DNA of 64,000 bases, taken from Nageia nagi. Lineage: Eukaryota; Plantae; Pinophyta. Positions 13,131 to 24,449 of the stretch are shown here, one piece after another. Under the pieces are notes generated by a model. The model saw nothing but the letters and a program-made list of their open reading frames with translations. It made no database searches and was not told the DNA's origin. Position numbers and translations under genes: made by a program. The DNA is taken from the NCBI GenBank assembly GCA_050084985.1, contig JBITNC010000001.1, positions 171,492,001 through 171,556,000 on the forward strand, read 5' to 3'. Positions within the stretch are counted from its first letter, which is position 1; each line of letters starts with the position of its first letter.

Positions 13131-16100
13131 ATGAGCATTGATAAAAAAACAAAGACGGAGAAGCTCATGAAGACTAGCCTGATCACCCTGGAAAAAAAAG
13201 AGAAGGCTCTCTTCCCTACAGTTGTGCTAGTAGATGGACTTGGACAAATCAAAAACACTAACCGGGCGCATACTGACCCCATCAAGTCATTAGAGAAGAT
13301 GGCCAAGATCCCACACAAACAACTCTTCAACAACACACTTGCTCAATCCGGAATCATTGAAGCTTCTTTGATCCTTTTCACCGCTCCATTCCCAAAGTTG
13401 TGCCTCGAGGTAGCAAGATATTGCGACACAAAGGAGAGAGTCTCTCGACAATGAAGGCACAAAAATACTAGATTTCACTATGGAGGGAATAGAGAGCGTA
13501 TTTGCATGGAGTAACGAAAGTATCATATTCTCCATGAAAGAGTTCGTCAAATTCTACAATAGCCTGACCAAGCCGGGGAACTTGATAAGAGATTGGTTGG
13601 TTGACGAATGCAAAGATTACAAGGCAAAAGCCCTAAGTCAACCAAGAAGGATAGACTTCTATCCTACAATCTCAACCATCATCAGTATGCTATGCAAAAT
13701 CACGAGACAAGAGAATGATCAAAGATTCAGAAAGGAATTCGTGGGTTTCATACACTAGATCAGCAGAGGCAAAGGGATCAAGTGGAGTAAGGTGATCAGT
13801 GACTGCATGGCCCAATAGTTATCCAAACTCGTAGAAACGAAGAGATTCTACATGAGCTCTTTCTTGGTATTCCTTCTTCTACATGGCAAAAATAGAAAAT
13901 TCGCCCTAGCAGATACCAAGTACCTATTTGACCCAAAAATGCCAATATGGCGGAGTTACCCTAGATTCATGTTGGAAAACCGATGGGATGAATTCAAAAT
14001 GATGAATGAAGGATTCGTGTGCCGTATATATGCAGAGATAAAGGGGACCATCAATATGACCAGGATATCACAAGTGGCAATCCAAGTTCTTCGAGGACAT
14101 CCAAATTTTTGTCTCAAAGAGATAGATGCCACATATATCAAGGTTTACGGGTCAATTGAGCCACCTTATAGACTTCCTTGTTACGCAAGTGATCGATTCA
14201 TCCTTATGGAATTTTGCAGACACTTGTCATACTTACACGAGAAAGTCTAGTGCAAAAAAGGTGCCACCACATGCAAATTACCTATCCACATAGGGGAGTA
14301 TCAATGCACGTCATGGTGTCAAGTTAAGATGATGAAGATGGAGCTAGCATATTACGGCTTCAAAGTAGAACATGCAGTAGAGTACTATGATCCTAAAGGT
14401 GTAATCAGTGCATTCTACAAGAAAACCTGGCAAACTAATTACCCTCAAAAGTCCCTAGGAAAGCTCGAAAGGTACAGAAATATAGATGAAATCAAACAAA
14501 TCAGCAGGATAAACAGGGACTTGGCGGCAGAAGAGAAGCTCAAGCAGACCATGACCAAGAAAAAGAAGAAAAGAGGTCTGCAGGAGGAGAATGCAGTAGC
14601 CAGGATACATCCTTCGATAATTCTTAAAAAGAATCCCCAATTCTGTGTGAACCGCCACCAATTTCACCTTCTGTGAGATTGACACAATGGCAGTCTGGTT
14701 AGTATGCCACATTCATTGTTAAAACCAGGGCAAACTATTGATCAGACCATACAAGGATTATTGTAAGAGATAAGAAGCACTAAAGTGATTGGAAGCACTT
14801 CACACGCATACAAACGCTTAAAACAGCTAGTGGAAGTTCCTCCCAGAGGTCCATCCCGAGATGGACAATTATATTATTCTGGCCCTATTTCTCCTACTTC
14901 TCCTCCTTCCAGTGATAGCAAGGATGAATATGGGATACTGGCCATAACTCCTCCTACCATGGAAGAACCCGTTCATGCAACAAGACCTACGTCTACACCG
15001 GCATCCACACCTTGGCAACCAAATAAGACACCACCTTAGAGAAAACCTCCACCACTTGCTCCAAGAAGGATCCCAACATCCAAGAGAATAGCTTCCTCAT
15101 CAGGAGGGGATGGAGGAAATGAAGAGGATGAAGGTGAAGATGAAGACCAAAGGAAGAAAAGGAAAGAGGAAGAACATCAAGGGAATCCGGAGAAACAGGT
15201 GACTGTAATGGCTAATCCTGAGCTGAGTTACAATTTCGACATGGCGGCGCTCTTAAAAAACTTAAGTGCATATCATTCATCCGAAGCCCATGCTGACCTG
15301 GAAGCCGATCAGGATTCAAAGAGTGAATTTGAGCATGTAGCCACCTACATCTCAATGAAGGATGATTCCATCGTCACAGATACTGTTGCTGCAGGAAGAA
15401 AAAGGAATGTCGATGGAGAATTTGCATTAGTGGTGGAAACACAAGAAGAGCCATGCAAAGCAATCGGGACTTTGGGCAAGCAACATGCAATAGTTTTTAA
15501 TGTTGCAGCGCTGACAAAGGAGAACACATCACAGAAGGTAGAGCTCAGGGAGCTGAAAAGAGAATTGGCTAACAAAAGGAAGCTAACAATTGATATCCAA
15601 GCTACTAACCTAACAGTTAAAGACATCAGGAAGTAGATGTCACTGAATACCGGGATTCAAGCGGTCAAACAAGAGTGAATTAACGAGACCAAAGAGGCTA
15701 TTCAAGAGTTATTCCTAGGAATAACTAATTTCTTTATTGAAGACAATGGGTCGTTCGTCGCTCAAGACAGGATCCATGAACTGATTGCCAAGTGCGGCAA
15801 TAGTTAGCATGTGATGCATGAGCTAAGAAGGAAAGCTGTTGGCACACCAATAATACTAGAGTACTGTCATCAATTCTTTTACCAGTATGATTGGCTATTG
15901 TACGTTATTTCAAAGTGTCAGGATTTGATCCAAGTCTAGCCAAATTTCAAAGCAAACATGAAGAAACAGCTGGTGGAATACCAATTTGATCTAAGGCTGA
16001 TCGAGGAAGATGGACGCAGCAGGGACTATTCCACAGTAATAAATGAGGTACAGTTGATGATCAACACTTACCTCAAAACTAAAGATATTAATGTCCTCAA

Positions 16101-16311
16101 ATCTGGCAAACAACTCAAATATGGTAGCAATATGGCAATATGGTGTAGCGAAATGAAGAAGACTTCAAAGACCATCACCGCATATCTATTGGCAAATGAT
16201 AGGATAATGGAGATTCTCAACACTGGAGTCAAGAACAAATAAATCTTCATGGGCATGGACTTCAAGGCCACCATCACATCACATGTGTAAACTGCAAATC
16301 AGCCACCATAA
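13131..16311 (+). pseudogene. Decayed ~1,050-codon accessory ORF of unit 2 (unknown function)
   Basis: Collinear ORF fragments broken by stops and frameshifts: APFPKLCLEVARYCD, WSKVISDCMAQ*L..KRFYMSSFLVFLLLHGK, TYIKVYGSIEPPYRLPCYASDRFILMEFCRHL, a Pro/acidic linker, coiled-coil-like ELRELKRELANKRK and a conserved C-terminal block. No RT, IN or gag motifs. Confidence 0.85.
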
Positions 16312-16513
16312 TTTTCGTCACTTTCAAAAATTTTGTAAATCAATCAGCCGGAAAAGTTGAGCACCAAAACTCGACTAACCCTGCTCTCATGATCAGTCAG
16401 CCTGGCAAGTAGAGCACCAAAAATCAGCTTACTTAGTAGTAGCAAGCAACTATGTAATATTTTAATATTTTTTTATATAGAATTAGGGCAACACTTGGAA
16501 ACCCTAGAAATTC

Positions 16514-16521
16514 TATAAATA
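16514..16521 (+). promoter_or_regulatory. Second TATA box (candidate LTR genomic-RNA promoter) downstream of the unit 2 ORF
   Basis: aaccctagaaattcTATAAATAgacccc, about 1.07 kb from the 3' end. An equivalent site is at 59946-59953 (minus) in unit 4. Confidence 0.55.
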
Positions 16522-19500
16522 GACCCCATGGGGTCACTTTAATGTAGATTGAAAGTTTGGAACTTTTCAAGGAATGAAAATTTTGAGAAAAAGTTCAAAT
16601 TTTTTGTAAAAGGAGAAAAATTGTGAAAACTTTTATGTAACTCTTTTTCAAAGAAAATACAAAGTGGTTAATGCAAAGACTTGAGTTTGACACTTTTCAT
16701 ATTGATGCTATGTATTGATTCTTTGAGGGCACTCTTATTGCGTTTGTGTACTTTCGTTCTATTCCTTTGAAAGCTCTTGGGCTTTAAGGAAGTTATCTCT
16801 GAAAAATATTAAAAAGTGCTTGAAGCCCACCTATGTTTGTTGCTTGGTCGTTAGCATGCAAGTTGATTGGGTATTCTATGTTAGTTTCTACTTCTATGAC
16901 ATCTTCTTAGGTCCTTCATCCAAAACCATGATCCATTCACTTTGAGACCTTCCATTTCCATGCAATTGAATCGGTGCTATTCGTAGAGAACCGACAATTG
17001 GCGTTCCTTCCCGCTCCTCTTTGAAGCATTTCGATCATGAAGTTGTTTGCTTGCAAGGTTGGATGAATTGGATGAAGAGTCCTTAACTGATCCGAAAGAG
17101 ATTAACTCTTAGACACTTTCCCATCAGTGAACCTCAACCTCATATCTAACCAAGTATTCTTTCTTTCTCCAAGGTGTTTTACTTCACCTATTTCCAGTAT
17201 TACCTTTACTCTTTCTTTATGCTTTCATACCAAATATTATCGTTAAGTCCACACACAAAAGCTCCGAACAAACTCTATACATCAAAGAATAAAACATCGT
17301 TGGTTAATAGACTATATACCTCTCATTCCATTCCATTGAGGCTGATTCCAAAAAGGGATACCACACTTTATTTCTATATCTATCGCTATTCAGAAAACAC
17401 ACCGGGCAAACAAACCTTACGTCACGACGTTGGGGTCGCTAGTAGGGTGTTTCAACAAGAGCCTTGGAGGTACACAATACTTTTCAACCAAGGAATTGGT
17501 AACGTATTCCCAACTATGTTGCTTGAGGTCTTGTGAGTTCCGCCCGCGATATTCAAAGTGTCCCACATGAGAAAGAAAAGCATCCCAACAAGCTCCCTAA
17601 AGCCAAATTCAAGGGGAAACACATCTTTGTTGGTGACACTAATTGGGGAAACCTGGACCCTATTCTAACCTTGGCCTCCACGACCTCCATCAGTAAAGAA
17701 GACCTATCATAGGAACTTATCCACACATGCAGTTTGTTCAATGCCACTATGATGCCATTTGCAGTACCTTTTCCTGACTTGTGCAATGAAGTGGCCAGGA
17801 AGTGTGACTGTAGCAAGAGGATTTTGTAGGACACAAAAGGCAATGTGATCATGAACTTTTCCCCTATCGGAATTGAAGCGGCCTTTGGCTGGAAAAGATA
17901 TGGGAATGATTATACATTGGTTCATTCTGAAGAGTTCCATGACTCCACATCACGGCCTGGAGACTATATTCAACCCTAGCTACTCGAAGAATTTCAAAAC
18001 CTTCAAGGGCAGACGCTGATTAGTGCATGGAAAGATGAATTCCTGCTAGTTGTGGCAAAGTTGATCACCCTCTTGTCAAGGGTAACCGGTCAAGAAAGTG
18101 ATGCTAAGTACTGGAGAGAGTTCACAGGTTTTATTGTTGTTATCAATTCGAGGAGACCTATTCGATGAGTTGGGGTAATCAGTGATGCCTTGGGCTATCA
18201 GTTGTACTTTTTCGGCTCCTCGAAGAGATTCTATATGAACTCTTATCCGGTGTACCTATTGCTACATGGCAAAGCCAACTCCAAGGAGTTGGCTGATGAA
18301 AGCTATTTGGGGCAAAAAAACGTCCCCGTGTGGAGGGCATACCAAAAATGGTGGTGCCAAAACAAGTTCCAATACCTCTATGAGAGGATCGATTTCTAGG
18401 AATATGATATCTACAATGATATGAAAGGAGAATCCGTGGTGAAGAGGATTTCTGATACAACTACTCAGGCCATCAGCGTACATGCAAACTTCTTTTTGCA
18501 GGACGTCGATTTTACATATACCAAAGTCTTTGGTTCAGAAGAACAACCCCCTGCTCTTGCCTAGATTCGCCAGTGATAGGTTGATCCTCATGGAGTATGC
18601 TAGGCAGCTCTTGTTCCTAAAGGAGAGGGTCTAGAAGAAGAAGAATGCCACAATAAATTTGCTATTACTATATCCGAATGTGTGCCAAACATGGGTGGAG
18701 GCAACGCATATGCGAGAGGAGCTACAACAATACGGCTTCTTCAAAGAGGCTGCTGCTAAAAATTATGATCCTAAGGAGGTAATTGCGCATTTTTATAATA
18801 CAGTTTTTCATTGGCCCATCGCATTTCCACACAAGCCTTTGGGAGATGAGGGGAGGTATAGAAATGGACATGACAAAAGAGAAATTGCACACATAAAGGC
18901 TCTTTTGAGCAAGAAGAAGGCTCCCCTTCAAGGAGAAAAACCTCCTCAAAAGCCTCAGACTACCAAGCCCCGATCTAAAGAGGCCCCCTTGAAGATCAAG
19001 TCTCCTACTCACACCATGTCCTCACAAAAGAAGACACCCTTGCATCTTGCAGGGAAAAGACAACAAGCCCCAAGGGAGCCCATCCCGTGTCCCAGCAAGC
19101 GCAGTGTAGTAGAGGCTAATCTTAGAGATGTTGGTCATGTTGTTCCCTCGAATGTGCTGGACAATGTGGTGAATACAGCATGTGGTAGTGGTTCGTCCAC
19201 CAAGACAATTCCTTCTAAATCCACCCATTCTCTTGGTCCAAAGGAGAAAGTTCCCCTTTGCAACCAAGTTCTAGCTCTAGTTCTAAGCGTTCATCTTCTT
19301 CTTCTAATGAAGAGACTGAAGATCCTGACCGTACGATGGAAGATTCTGCAGAAGAATCGAAGAGCCGTAGCGTGAAAGAAGAAGAAGAAGATGATGTTGA
19401 CAATGCTGCCAATATGCCTGAGCTAGAGGACATAGTTGTAGGTGTTTCCGCACCTGATGAAAACGAGATTGAAACCATCCCGGATGATGAGATAGTGGAC

Positions 19501-22500
19501 GTTGGAACCTATGATGATGACGTCCAAATAAGTGGGAGGAAATGCGCTAGAGAGGTGGCTGCATCTAAGTGCTCTCTTGCCGAACCTAGGAAGAAGCTTC
19601 CTTTTTTGCACAAACCCTCTACCAAGAGAAGTCATGAGAGATCTCCCCATCTCCAAAGCAAAGGCTTATCTATAGGCGGTGACGGAGGAGATGAAGAAGA
19701 CGAAGGAGAGACTGAGGAGCAGAAAAAGAAGAGACGGCAAGAAGAGCATCAAGGCAAGGAAATGGCCATAGTGTAGACCACTCTAGTGAAGGAAGTCAAG
19801 AAGATTAATAAAGGAAAATTGTTGGTTCAAAGGTTTCCCCGTCAGCTAGCAACCAAACATCCAAATCTTGACCTGGATGATTGCCTTAGAACCCTCAGCA
19901 TGAGTATAGCTCATGATGAAGATATAGACCAGGACCTATGTTCTGAAGATGAGGAAGGACTTTCAGATGGAGAGAAGATTCAGAGGGTGAACACTTTTGT
20001 CTCCACCTCTCAAAAGGAGATCTCCATCAACCATTGCTACTTGAAAGAGAAGCACCCTTAGAGAGTGGAGGACTATCATTGAGACTTTCAAGATGCCAGT
20101 GAAACTAGGGTTGACATCCAGAAAACACATTGTTACGTAGAATGCTGCAATCATGGAACAGGAAGGCTATGAAGCCAAAAAGGAGGTGAAGAGATTGAAG
20201 AAGGAACTCACGGTTAGCAGAAAGATTATAAATGAGTTCCAAAAAATTATCACCACCCCTTTGCACCTACAGAAGCAGACTTCATTCCATGAAGGATGGG
20301 GACTGATGAAGGAGTAGCTTAAGAACGAAGTGATGGAGGCCATCGAGAAATTGTCTTCACAGATTTACAAGCTCCTTGCTGAAGGTGTTGAGGTCAAGGA
20401 TCTCAAAACTCAAATTTTAGCACATCTCGGCACATTGGATAGTTACCTTCCCAACATTTCCCATCTGCAGCATATTTTTGCTGATAACCTAGCAAAGTTG
20501 GTCTACTGTCATGAGTTCTCACCATGATTGGTTGAACCATGCACTTGAGAAGTGCAACGTTGTCCTAAAAATCAAGGTCCCCTTGCGAAAGGATGTTGAG
20601 GACCAAATGAGTGAATATCTTTATCAGCTCAAGTTCCAAGGGGAAGATAACAATGTCAGGAAGAAGGAAGCGGTATTGGAAGAGGCCCAAAACCTAATCT
20701 AGGAGCATCTTGAAGTTGACGATCTCAACTTGTTGAAAGTAGGGCATCCCATTATTCATGAGATACGGATGGTCATCTGGAGATACCAGATGCAAGCTAC
20801 GATCAAGAAGATTGAGGGATACTTCTGGCAGAATGGCAGCATTGTCCGCATGATCTCCAGGGGCATGCGGAAGATCTTGGCATTTTTGGGGGAGACTGTT
20901 GAGTCCTATGGTCTCACCAGTGAAGAGTGGAACTCTGTCCATGCCGAATCGGATCTGGCCGAGATTTGATTCACCCGCAAACTTCATCTGCGGTATTTTG
21001 TTTCTGTGTTCAATGCATATGGTTATGTCAGACTTTATTTTGACTTGACTAGTGTAGGGATGAGGTTCTGCTCCCGCCAGATCAAATCCGTCAAACTCAT
21101 TTATGACATAACCGGTGCAGGGATGAGGTTTTCCTCCCGCCAGTTTAGATGTCAGACCTTTTTCAGACTATTTATTGCATCTGAATTTTTTTTTTTGTTG
21201 CATAGATTAGAGGTAGAGTACATGCATTTCGGTGGTGGCATTTATATTTTGTCAACTTTAAATGCCACTAACATAGTTTTGTGTGAAGATATCTGATTTT
21301 GTATTGGTATGTGTGTTGGGTGTGTGCACACCATATTAGATTTGATGCCTTTAGGGCATCACTTCTAGTGGCCTATTTATACCCAACTCAGGCCAGTTAG
21401 AAAGGGGATTTTGGCATACGGATGTTTGCATGAGGAATCTATGCATATGATCTCTGTACTATTTTTTGCATTGGACTTTTGCACGTAATGAAACCATCAT
21501 ACACTAGAGTTCTTGCATCTTGAGATTGAGGCTATTTAGTTTATTTGTACAATCTTTTGAGCCTTTGCATGTCGTAAGATTCACATTCCATTGCATAGAA
21601 GATTGTTGCATAAGGGGTTCCATGCATATTTTGTTGTTGAAAACCATTATGAATATGTCTGTTTAGAGGAATAAAATCATAAAGTTATACTGTGAGGAAC
21701 ATCATTTTTTGCGATTATGTATATTTGAATGGTTCTCTCTATGAACTGCATGTTGATTACCTTGTGAAAGAGTTTGATCCTTCTTTGCATAGTTGCACGC
21801 AAGCGGATATATTCCGAGGCTTACAGCTTGTCTTTATATCATTCGGTTAAGTTACTGCACTTAGCCTTCACTCCATCTTCACCCTTTCCATTGAGTCTTC
21901 CATAAAGACCCCAAAGCTTCCTACTCTCGTCTGGCAGTGATTTGAGCATATCCTCACATTCCCTTGCACTTATCCCTATGTCTGTCCCTGCATTTGTGAT
22001 CTTTCTTCTCTTTCGTTCACATTCGCACTCTTTTCTTATTAAGGAAAGGAATCTCGATGCAAGTTTCCCTTGTATAAGGTTAAAAACATGCATTTCTGAA
22101 TTCTGAGCCAACAAGACCATATTCTATGTGAGCGCTTGGGGTAACCAGTTGTTTCAGGCGGGAACAAGTAACGTTGTTTCCTCTAAGTCATGTGCATGTT
22201 TTGAGCAAGGAAAGAAAAACATACCAACACAACGTAGGGGGCCAAAGTGCATTAAGTGCTAACGTTGAGTCCTAAGTGTGCCACGCTTGCCCACGTGGGT
22301 CAAAGAGTCATGCGTGGGAGTCCTGGTGTCCAACTTAACCAACGTGGGGGTGTGGGGGCCTCCCCAAGGCTAGCATGAGTAAATAATGATCCATCCATCA
22401 TCTACATGTAGCTATGGACCTTGGGATTCCCACAATCATTATTGGGATCTCCAAGGACATAATAGGTGCCTAATCTATACTTAGGAGGGAGATGTCCCAC

Positions 22501-23074
22501 TTGGGGTGCAAAATAGGGTCCATTGACCCATTAAGTATCCTATCCTAAGTTACAATTATGAAAGTGCAAATACATAAAGTATATTACAAAGAGAAGTCTT
22601 TTGGACCCACTAACTAAACAAGGGGGACATCACAAAGCCTCCCCTCTGGAATTGATTGCCCTCAAGCAATAGTAGAAGACTGTAGCATAGTCTTCCAAGA
22701 ATCCTTTGGTGTTGGTAGCTAAGACTCATGATGATGGAATGCAACTTCAATATGCTTCACCCAAGATAGTGGTAGGCAATACATTGTTGAAGCTCCATGT
22801 CCATGTGTCGATGTAAATTGCAAACACTCTGGTTTGTTGTAGTTGTCACTCCTCATCAGCTGCTCTATGAATGTCCTCCATAACTATGAAAATGTGTGTA
22901 TCGAAGTGGAGGTATCCTTGCAAGAACCTTAAGAAAATCATGGTTAGGAGAAAACAAGGTGGGCCTTTGCTCCATGCATGAGGCAAGGTCTCCTCAGAAG
23001 TCCACATGGAATATCCAGCTTCCTCAGGCTTCAATGTGAAGCTCCCAAACTCCTAGTAGCTTGACATGACATGT

Positions 23075-23430
23075 CTAGCTCTCCAGATGTCCAACGTGGG
23101 CAGCTCATCCATCCTTAACCTCAACGTCAGGTGACTCTCTCTCCAAATGCCCAAAGTGGGGTATCCACCCTCCCTAAAACTCAATGTTGAGTAGCAATCC
23201 TTCCAAGTACTCAACGTGAGGTGCCAAACTTCTACCTTGTCCAATGTCGACTACATATGCTTCCCCAGGTCCAATGTGGAGTGCATATGCTTCCCCAAGT
23301 CCAACGTGGGACACCAAGACTCCTTCAAGCTCAACGTCTGGTGGCAAACTCCCCTAACGTCCAACGTGGGGTGAGGCCCCCTTCCAAGGCCTACCGTAGG
23401 ATGTCTGGCCCCCTTATGACCCAACATGGC
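23075..23430 (-). repeat. Degenerate 30-bp (10-codon) tandem repeat with CCAACGTGG-like core
   Basis: About 11-12 units spaced 30 bp apart (ccaacgtggg, tcaacgtcag, ccaaagtggg, ...). Translates on minus as repeated PTL/LTL decapeptides (PTLDLGKHMH STLDLGKHM). Confidence 0.8.
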
Positions 23431-23599
23431 CCCTTCTGGCTCCCTGAGCTGTGACATGGGGCACAAAAGTTCTTTAGTGCCCCCCATCTCCTATTGAAAC
23501 TCTCCTTCTCCCAACGTGGTCCCATCATTTTCTTTCTCCTGTTGGTACCACTCAATCACCTCTAACCTCTTGTTGTCTACCTACGGACAATCATCTCTA

Positions 23600-23760
23600 A
23601 TCCCTCACAGAGTGTGAGTCTTCCCATCAATTTCGAAACTCATTGTGAGTTTCTGATAGTTCGTGTGGGTATCACCCAAGTCAAAAAGCCACTGCATGCC
23701 TAAGATGATGTGAGGAAGTCCCTTCAAAGGATAGATATAGAAGTCTTCCCTCACCGTACT
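23600..23760 (-). pseudogene. Ty3/gypsy aspartic protease C-terminal remnant
   Basis: TVREDFYIYPLKGLPHIILGMQWLFDLGDTHTNYQKLTMSFEIDGKTHTL*GI matches the gypsy protease pattern DFY...ILG.QWL..LG...N...L.M.F...G....L.G. Contains an in-frame stop. Confidence 0.8.
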
Positions 23761-24449
23761 GCTCCAATGCTTTGTGAAGAATGAATGAATGAAGTGTTTT
23801 ATATTTTCTTATAGTTGCTTTTAGGGTTTCATAATTTATTTTTTTTTATTCTAATGACTTAAACGTGGGACCCACAAGCTTGGAAGGAGAAAAAACAAAA
23901 AAAACAAGTGCCATTTTAAGTTAACCAGTCGAAAACATCTGCCCAGAGTCCGAAATGTTGTTTCCAAATTAGGAAATGTTTCTGAAACATTTTGGACGAT
24001 GGAAATGTCCACGGAAACGACAAAATGGCATTTCATCCCCGTTTTAACATTTCCAAGCATTTCCAATATAGGGACAAAGCTTCAAACGGAGTTTCCTAGC
24101 TCCTGTAACGTAGGAACTTTCCCTATTTGAAGTCATCTCTACATTCATTGGGATCATGGATCAGCCAAGACATCTCTCCCATTAAGTATGGAATTCATCC
24201 CGGTTTTCACAACTTTAGAGTTAAATATCAAGAACCAATGGCAACAATGTATTTGATGAGGTTGAAAAGGAATGACAAGTATGGGATTGTAGCACAATGC
24301 TCATTCATTCTTTCACTTTTCATACGGGTTGCATGTTTGTGGATAGCTAGAGCACTTAATGAGACTATATTGGAAAATGAATATGTGAATGAGGATGTAG
24401 AGCTTGGAATTTCCTACTCATTATGCATTAAATCAGACCCAATGTAAAT

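Larger units (their letters stand above)
10747..17590 (+). mobile_element. Giant LTR-like unit 2 (6,844 bp), probable solo LTR carrying a long ORF
   Basis: TGTTGTGCCCGCAAAACACACCCC...GAAAGAAAAGCATCCCAACA with a perfect 5-bp TSD AGCTC (10742-10746 / 17591-17595). Its 3' ~1.1 kb is homologous to 58914-60100 and 42545-43760 (inverted). Confidence 0.9.
10603..20969 (+). pseudogene. Decayed ~1,170-codon accessory ORF of unit 1 (10603-10746 plus 17596-20969), split by unit 2
   Basis: Frame joins across the AGCTC TSD (...KDKSEL|PKAKFKGKHIF...). Segments VPFPDLCNEVARKCD, KRFYMNSYPVYLLLHGK, ELQQYGF...NYDPKEVIAHFY, an acidic middle and a helical C-terminus align with the unit 2 ORF. Several stops and frameshifts. 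Confidence 0.8.
8774..22229 (+). mobile_element. Giant LTR-like unit 1 (~6.6 kb after removing nested unit 2), probable solo LTR carrying a long ORF
   Basis: TGTTGTGCGTACACAACA...GGAAAGAAAAACATACCAACA. TSD is CAACA (8769-8773) / CAACG (22230-22234), differing by one CpG-type change. No internal LTR pair, PBS, PPT or gag/pol motifs seen. Confidence 0.85.
7856..23765 (-). mobile_element. Element B: 3' part of a Ty3/gypsy element (protease remnant, PPT, 3' LTR split by the 8774-22229 insertion)
   Basis: 3' LTR is 22634-22235 plus 8773-7856 (TGTGATGTCCCC...CCTTACA on minus). PPT CCAGAGGGGAGGCTT lies at 22635-22649 and a protease remnant upstream. The LTR reads continuously once the insert is removed. 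Confidence 0.8.

Noticed and set aside
23900-24110. Possible hAT/MITE end with repeated GAAAC/GTTTC words (similar hint near 3700-3917)
   Set aside because: No partner TIR or 8-bp TSD found. Too decayed to support a call.
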